Shown here: in pieces, positions 26,616 to 32,000 of the stretch
How the letters are laid out: each line of letters opens with the position of its first letter
How positions within the stretch are numbered: position 1 is the first letter of the stretch
Source of the DNA: Candidatus Johnevansia muelleri
Lineage (GTDB): Bacteria; Pseudomonadota; Gammaproteobacteria; Johnevansiales; Johnevansiaceae
NCBI GenBank assembly: GCA_000953435.1
Contig: LM655252.1
Coordinates: forward strand, 60,001-92,000
DNA length: 32,000 nucleotides
Reading direction: 5' to 3'
Made by a program: the position numbers and the translations under genes
The notes under the pieces: model-generated
What the model saw: only the letters and a program-made list of their open reading frames with translations
Told to the model about the DNA's origin: nothing
Database searches by the model: none

Positions 26616-29600
26616 ATGATATACTCGAACACTGAGAAAAAAGTAATTAGAAAACATTTAGGTAAAATACCCCAAATACTTGGGGTACCCAATTTGTTAT
26701 CTATTCAACTTGATTCTTATAGATACTTATTACAAAATGATGTACATCATAATAACCGGGTTAATATAGGTATTCATGCTGTATTAAAATCTTTTTTTCC
26801 AATTACCAGCAATAGTGGTAATACTTATATTGAATATAAAAATTATCATATTAATATGCCAATTGATAATTTAGAATATTACAAAAAACAAAATTATACT
26901 TATTCTGCATCCTTAATTGTTTTAATACGTATTATAGTTTTTAAAAAAAATGAAAATTCTTTAAATTTAAAAATTAAATATATAAATGAACAAGAAGTTT
27001 ATATGGGTGATATTCCCATAATGACTGAAAACGGTACATTTATAATTAATGGAAGTGAGCGTGTGATTATATCTCAACTTCATCGTAGTCCAGGACTATA
27101 TTTTACACATGATAATGGAAAAACTCATTCTTCTGGAAAGTTACTTTATTCTGCGAGAATTATTCCTAAACGAGGATCATGGCTTGATTTTGAATTTGAT
27201 ATTAAAGATAATATTTATTTTCGTATTGACAGAAATCGTAAACTTCCAGTTACTGTATTTTTATATGCATTAGGTTTTACTACAGAAGAAATAATGAGTT
27301 ATTTTTGTAAAAAATATGTTATTTATATAGATAATGGTAAATTTTATATTGAATTCGATCAATCAAATTTATATGGTAATATAGCTGGTTTTGCAATTAA
27401 AAATTTACAAAATAAATGTATAGTACAAAAAGGTGAAATTATTAATCATAATCATATTTATAAAATAGAAAATGCCGGAATAAAATATATTCATATACAA
27501 GAAGATTTTTTGTTAAATAAAGTTTTAGTACTTAATGTATATGATCAAAAAACTGGTTTGTTGATTTGCCCCTCTAATAGTATTATTAGTAAAAATATTT
27601 TAGAATCACTTAATGCTGCAAATATTAAATATTTTGAGATATTATATACTAATGAGATTAATGCTGGTGAATATATTTCAAATACATTAAAAATTGATAC
27701 ATCAAAATCTCAGATAGATGCTTTATATGATATTTATAGTATATTGCGACCAGGGGAAACTTTCAAGGTCAATGTTGCTTCAATGTTATTGAACAATTTA
27801 TTTTTTTCATCAAAGAATTATGATCTTTCATTAGTAGGTAGAATGAAGCTTAACACACGTTTGAATCGTAAGAAAAATCATGGACCTAATATTTTAACAC
27901 TTATAGATATATTAGATATAATTAAAGAACTAATTAATATTAGAAATGGATACAGTAAAATTGATGATATTGATAATTTAGGTAATCGTCGAATTCGTAG
28001 TGTTGGAGAAATTGTTGAACAATATTTTCATAATAGTTTAATATGTATTGATAGAATAATTAAAGAACGATTATTATTATTGGAAAAAGAAAAATTAATG
28101 CCACAAGATATATTTAATTCTAAATCAATAGCTCTTAAAATAAAAGAATTCTTTATATTAAGTCCACTATCTCAGTTTATAGATCAAAATAATCCTTTAT
28201 CTGAAATAAATCATAAACGACGTATTACTGCTTTAGGTCCAGGTGGATTAACACGTGACCGGGTTGTATTTGACGTACGTGATGTTCATATTACCCATTA
28301 TGGTCGTCTTTGCCCAATAGAGTCTCCTGAAGGACCTAATATAGGGTTAATTAACTCTTTAGCAATTTATTGCTTACCTAATCTTTTTGGTTTTTTAGAA
28401 ACACCATATCGAAAAGTTTTTAATTGTAAATTGACCAATGAAATTTTGTATTTATCTGCTAATGAAGAAAAAAATTTTGCTATTGCTCCAGCTACAGCAA
28501 ATATTGATGAAAATAATTGCTTGATAGATAAATTTATTCAAGTTCGCTATAATGGAGAACCTACAGTTATTGAATCTGACAAAATAAACTTTATTGATAT
28601 TTCTTCTTATCAAATGCTATCTGTTGCTGCATCCCTAATTCCGTTTTTAGAACACAATGATGCTAATCGTGCTTTGATGGGTTCAAATATGCAACGGCAA
28701 GCAGTTCCTCTTTTGAAATCTGAAAAACCTATAGTTGGTACTGGTATGGAGTACGTTGTTGGTAAAGATTCTGGAGTTTGTATTATAGCACGTCGTGGAG
28801 GTAAAGTAGCTTTTGTAGATTCATTAAGTATTATTATTAATGTTAATGAAACTGAATTGATTAATAATGACCCTGGTATAGATATATATAAATTAATTAA
28901 GTATTCTCGTTCTAATCAAAATACTTTAATAAACCAAAAACCAATTGTATATGTTGGTAATATAGTTTTTAGAGGAGACATAATTGCTGATGGGTCAGCT
29001 ATTGATATGGGTGAATTGGCATTAGGACAAAATATGCGCATTGCATTTATGTGTTGGTATGGATATAATTATGAGGATTCAATTATTATTTCAGAAAAAG
29101 TTTTACAAGATGACAGATTTACAAGTATCCATATACAAGAATTAACATGTATATGTCGTGATAATTATATTGTAAAAGATATAATTTCTATAAAGGTTTC
29201 TAATAAGAAAGAACATATTTTTAATAAAATTGATTCATCAGGAATTGTTTATGCAGGTGCCCAAATTTCTCCAGGGGATATTTTAGTAGGTAAAATATCA
29301 CCTAAAATTAAAAAACTAACATCAGAAGAAAAACTTCTATACGCCATTTGTGATGAAGAAGCTTATTCTATAAAAGATACATCATTGAGAGCCCCTGCGG
29401 GGACATATGGTGTTGTTATTGATGTTAATATTTTAATACGAGAATACACAGAAAAAGAGAAAAGATCTATATTAATAGATGATAAAAAAAGTCATTTAAT
29501 ATATAATAGTCTTATAGACACATTATATAATTATGAAAATATAATCATTAATAAAATAAAAGAAAAACTTTTACATATAATTAAAAATATATCTTTAAAA

Positions 29601-30698
29601 TTAAGTACAGGAGATATTTTGGATGCTGAATATATAAATTCACAGCCTATTAAAAATTTGTTAAACTTACGCTTACAAGATAAAAATATAAATAATTTCA
29701 TAAAAAAAAATAAATTATATATAATAAATAGATATCATGAAACATTTAATATTTATAATAATTTAATAAAAAATACATTTAAAATGAATGATTTGGCTCC
29801 AGGTATTTTAAAAATAATAAAGGTTACATTAGCAATAAAACGTACCATTAAAACTGGTGATAAAATGGCTGGTCGTCATGGAAACAAAGGTGTTGTTTCT
29901 GTAATTAACCCAATAGAAGATATGCCTTTTGATTCTGAAGGGATACCAATTGATATTATACTAAATCCATTAGGTGTACCTTCTCGTATGAACGTTGGTC
30001 AAATTCTTGAAACACATATAGGATTAGCAGCTTATGGTCTTGGAAGAAAAATAGATAATATGATTAAGGATATACGTAATAAGCAAATTTCAGATATTCG
30101 TGAATTTATTAAAAAAATATTTAATAATAAATTTATTAAATATAAGGAATTAGATAGTTTATCTGACCATGATCTTATAGAATTTGCTAAAAGACTTACA
30201 CGTGGTGTCCCTGTTTCAATCCCTGTATTTGATAGTATAAATGAATATGAAATAAAAGATTTTTTGAAGAGTGTTGATTTACCTGAAACAGGAAAACTAA
30301 TTTTATATGATGGATATACTGGTGATAAATTTGATCAACCTGTAACAGTAGGTTATATGTATATGTTTAAATTAAATCATTTAATTGATGAAAAAATGCA
30401 TGCACGTTCTACTGGATCATACTCTTTAGTAACTCAACAACCATTAGGTGGAAAAGCTTTATTTGGTGGACAACGTTTGGGTGAAATGGAAGTTTGGGCA
30501 TTAGAGGCATATGGTGCGGCTCATATTCTACAAGAGATGCTTACTATTAAATCTGATGATATTAATGGTCGTATTGCAATATATAATAATATTATTAATA
30601 ATGATCATACAATGATTCCAAATATTCCAGAATCATTTAATGTTTTAATAAACGAAATTAGGGCATTATGTTTAAATATTGATTTAAAAACAAGATAA
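26616..30698 (+). CDS. rpoB: DNA-directed RNA polymerase subunit beta
   Basis: 1360 aa. GGGGGGAG Shine-Dalgarno at 26602-26609. Blocks [63 protein letters not shown] and [19 protein letters not shown]. Confidence 0.98.
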   Translation: MIYSNTEKKVIRKHLGKIPQILGVPNLLSIQLDSYRYLLQNDVHHNNRVNIGIHAVLKSFFPITSNSGNTYIEYKNYHINMPIDNLEYYKKQNYTYSASLIVLIRIIVFKKNENSLNLKIKYINEQEVYMGDIPIMTENGTFIINGSERVIISQLHRSPGLYFTHDNGKTHSSGKLLYSARIIPKRGSWLDFEFDIKDNIYFRIDRNRKLPVTVFLYALGFTTEEIMSYFCKKYVIYIDNGKFYIEFDQSNLYGNIAGFAIKNLQNKCIVQKGEIINHNHIYKIENAGIKYIHIQEDFLLNKVLVLNVYDQKTGLLICPSNSIISKNILESLNAANIKYFEILYTNEINAGEYISNTLKIDTSKSQIDALYDIYSILRPGETFKVNVASMLLNNLFFSSKNYDLSLVGRMKLNTRLNRKKNHGPNILTLIDILDIIKELINIRNGYSKIDDIDNLGNRRIRSVGEIVEQYFHNSLICIDRIIKERLLLLEKEKLMPQDIFNSKSIALKIKEFFILSPLSQFIDQNNPLSEINHKRRITALGPGGLTRDRVVFDVRDVHITHYGRLCPIESPEGPNIGLINSLAIYCLPNLFGFLETPYRKVFNCKLTNEILYLSANEEKNFAIAPATANIDENNCLIDKFIQVRYNGEPTVIESDKINFIDISSYQMLSVAASLIPFLEHNDANRALMGSNMQRQAVPLLKSEKPIVGTGMEYVVGKDSGVCIIARRGGKVAFVDSLSIIINVNETELINNDPGIDIYKLIKYSRSNQNTLINQKPIVYVGNIVFRGDIIADGSAIDMGELALGQNMRIAFMCWYGYNYEDSIIISEKVLQDDRFTSIHIQELTCICRDNYIVKDIISIKVSNKKEHIFNKIDSSGIVYAGAQISPGDILVGKISPKIKKLTSEEKLLYAICDEEAYSIKDTSLRAPAGTYGVVIDVNILIREYTEKEKRSILIDDKKSHLIYNSLIDTLYNYENIIINKIKEKLLHIIKNISLKLSTGDILDAEYINSQPIKNLLNLRLQDKNINNFIKKNKLYIINRYHETFNIYNNLIKNTFKMNDLAPGILKIIKVTLAIKRTIKTGDKMAGRHGNKGVVSVINPIEDMPFDSEGIPIDIILNPLGVPSRMNVGQILETHIGLAAYGLGRKIDNMIKDIRNKQISDIREFIKKIFNNKFIKYKELDSLSDHDLIEFAKRLTRGVPVSIPVFDSINEYEIKDFLKSVDLPETGKLILYDGYTGDKFDQPVTVGYMYMFKLNHLIDEKMHARSTGSYSLVTQQPLGGKALFGGQRLGEMEVWALEAYGAAHILQEMLTIKSDDINGRIAIYNNIINNDHTMIPNIPESFNVLINEIRALCLNIDLKTR

Positions 30699-30721
30699 TT
30701 ATTTTATTTATTAGGAAAATT

Positions 30722-32000
30722 ATGAATATATTTAAAAATGCTAATAATAAATTAAAAATTAATTTTGAAAAGACTAAAAAATTTCAAAAACAACTGGAAT
30801 CTTTTAATTATATTAAAATTTCTCTTGCATCTCCAAAGATTATAGAATCTTGGTCTTTTGGTGAAATTAAAACTTCAGATACTATTAACTATCGTACACT
30901 AAAACCTGAACACGATGGTCTTTTTTGTACAAAAATTTTTGGTCCAGTTGTAGACTATGAGTGTTGGTGTGGCAAATATAATCACAAAATGTTTCCAACT
31001 GTAATTTGTGAAAAATGTAATGTTGAAATTATAAAAGCAAAATCCCGTCGGGAACGTATGGGTCACATTAATTTATTTACTCCAGTTGCTCATATTTGGT
31101 TTATTAAATCGCAGCCTAATATGTTAAGTTTGTTATTAAATATGTCTATTTTTAATATAGAGCGTGTAATTTATTACGAATCTTTTATTGTTTTAAATCC
31201 AGGTATTACCCCCCTTCAAAAGGGCCAATTACTTACTAATAATCAATATTCCGAAGCACGTAAAGAGTTTAATGATGAATTTGAGGCTGATATGGGCGCT
31301 AAGGCTATAAAAAAATTACTTATTGATATTAACATAGATATGGAAATTTTTTATTTAAAAAAATATGAAAGTAATTTAAAAAATTATAATAAATTAAAAG
31401 TATTACAAGCATTTAAGGAATCTGGAAATAATCCAGATTGGATGATATTAGATGTAATACCAGTATTACCTCCAGATTTACGACCTTTATTACCATTAGA
31501 AGGGGGACGTTTTGCTAATTCTGATATTAATGATTTATATCGTAATATAATTCACCGTAATAATAGATTAAAAAAATTATTTAATATTCAATCTCCTGAT
31601 ATTATTATCAAAAATGAGAAACGCATGCTACAAGAGGCAGTTGACGCATTAATTGATAATGGTCGTAATGGTAGAATGGTTACTAATAATAAGCGTCCTT
31701 TAAAATCTATTGCTAACTTAATTAAAGGAAAACAAGGTAGGTTTAGACAAAATTTACTTGGTAAACGCGTTGATTATTCTGGTAGGACAGTTATTACTGT
31801 AGGTCCCAAGTTACGTTTATATCAGTGTGGTTTACCTAAAAAAATGGCTTTAGAACTTTTTAAACCTTTTGTTTTTTCAATATTACAAAGTTATGAAAAA
31901 GCTCTTACTATACAAAGTGCAAAAAAAAGTTTTAAACTTGAATCTAAAGAAGTTTGGGATGCTTTAAAAACTGTTATTAAAGACCATCCAATAATTTTAA
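30722..32000 (+). CDS. rpoC: DNA-directed RNA polymerase subunit beta', N-terminal ~426 codons (continues past the right edge)
   Basis: Not in the ORF track because no stop falls in the window. Translation from ATG 30722 gives ...[48 protein letters not shown]...CEKC...RRERMGHI, the beta' zinc-finger region and downstream blocks. AGGAA lies upstream. Confidence 0.95.
   Translation, partial: MNIFKNANNKLKINFEKTKKFQKQLESFNYIKISLASPKIIESWSFGEIKTSDTINYRTLKPEHDGLFCTKIFGPVVDYECWCGKYNHKMFPTVICEKCNVEIIKAKSRRERMGHINLFTPVAHIWFIKSQPNMLSLLLNMSIFNIERVIYYESFIVLNPGITPLQKGQLLTNNQYSEARKEFNDEFEADMGAKAIKKLLIDINIDMEIFYLKKYESNLKNYNKLKVLQAFKESGNNPDWMILDVIPVLPPDLRPLLPLEGGRFANSDINDLYRNIIHRNNRLKKLFNIQSPDIIIKNEKRMLQEAVDALIDNGRNGRMVTNNKRPLKSIANLIKGKQGRFRQNLLGKRVDYSGRTVITVGPKLRLYQCGLPKKMALELFKPFVFSILQSYEKALTIQSAKKSFKLESKEVWDALKTVIKDHPIIL

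Noticed and set aside
28120-28240. Substitutions in the RpoB rifampicin-resistance cluster I ([29 protein letters not shown] against my recollection of the E. coli [29 protein letters not shown]).
   Set aside because: The principal resistance positions (Q513, D516, H526 equivalents) are unchanged. The differences are conservative or at poorly characterised positions and are typical of endosymbiont drift. There is no basis for a phenotype claim.
1-32000. Searched by eye for CRISPR repeats, insertion sequences, integrases, toxin-antitoxin pairs, phage genes, rRNA and large direct or inverted repeats.
   Set aside because: None were found. Every ORF above about 90 aa that is not antisense noise is assigned to a housekeeping, transport, respiratory or cobalamin function, and the intergenic space is too small to hide such elements.

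Overview
This window looks like core chromosome from a strongly genome-reduced, very AT-rich bacterium (about a quarter G+C by eye), most likely an obligate endosymbiont. I tally about 0.85 kb of the 32 kb as intergenic, and the largest gap is 113 nt. I support 33 protein genes (tilS and rpoC are cut by the window edges) and 4 tRNA genes. I found no mobile elements, CRISPR arrays, obvious pseudogenes or long repeats. The standard genetic code fits: every homolog is full length and TGA ends cobH.

Gene order, left to right:
- tilS', hisE(-), rpmE, aroK-aroB, ilvE(-)
- an MFS_3-type transporter, a sugar-porter MFS(-), zwf
- cobO(-), serS, a CysG-derived uroporphyrinogen-III methyltransferase, thrB(-)
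- the oxygen-dependent corrin-ring block cobG-H-I-J, cobK(-), cobL-M
- cyoABCDE
- tRNA-Tyr/Gly/Thr/Trp, secE, rplKAJL, rpoB, rpoC'

Several signatures point to a Betaproteobacterium or a non-enteric Gammaproteobacterium: the tRNA-Tyr-Gly-Thr-[tuf]-Trp-secE-[nusG]-rplK arrangement, a Pseudomonas-type ThrB, stand-alone HisE and aerobic CobG. I cannot name the organism from sequence alone.

I do not see a convincing new multi-gene system here. The points most worth a second look are:
- An apparently intact aerobic vitamin B12 ring pathway kept in a tiny genome. It has no cobF/cbiD at the cluster and no room for a B12 riboswitch.
- A siroheme synthase that appears to have been cut down to a methyltransferase.
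- Clean excision of tuf and nusG from a highly conserved cluster, which leaves secE overlapping rplK.
- A tRNA-Trp with a compensated change at the normally invariant G19:C56 elbow pair.
- Loss of the ribosomal-protein leader regions.
- Many in-frame poly(A) tracts.
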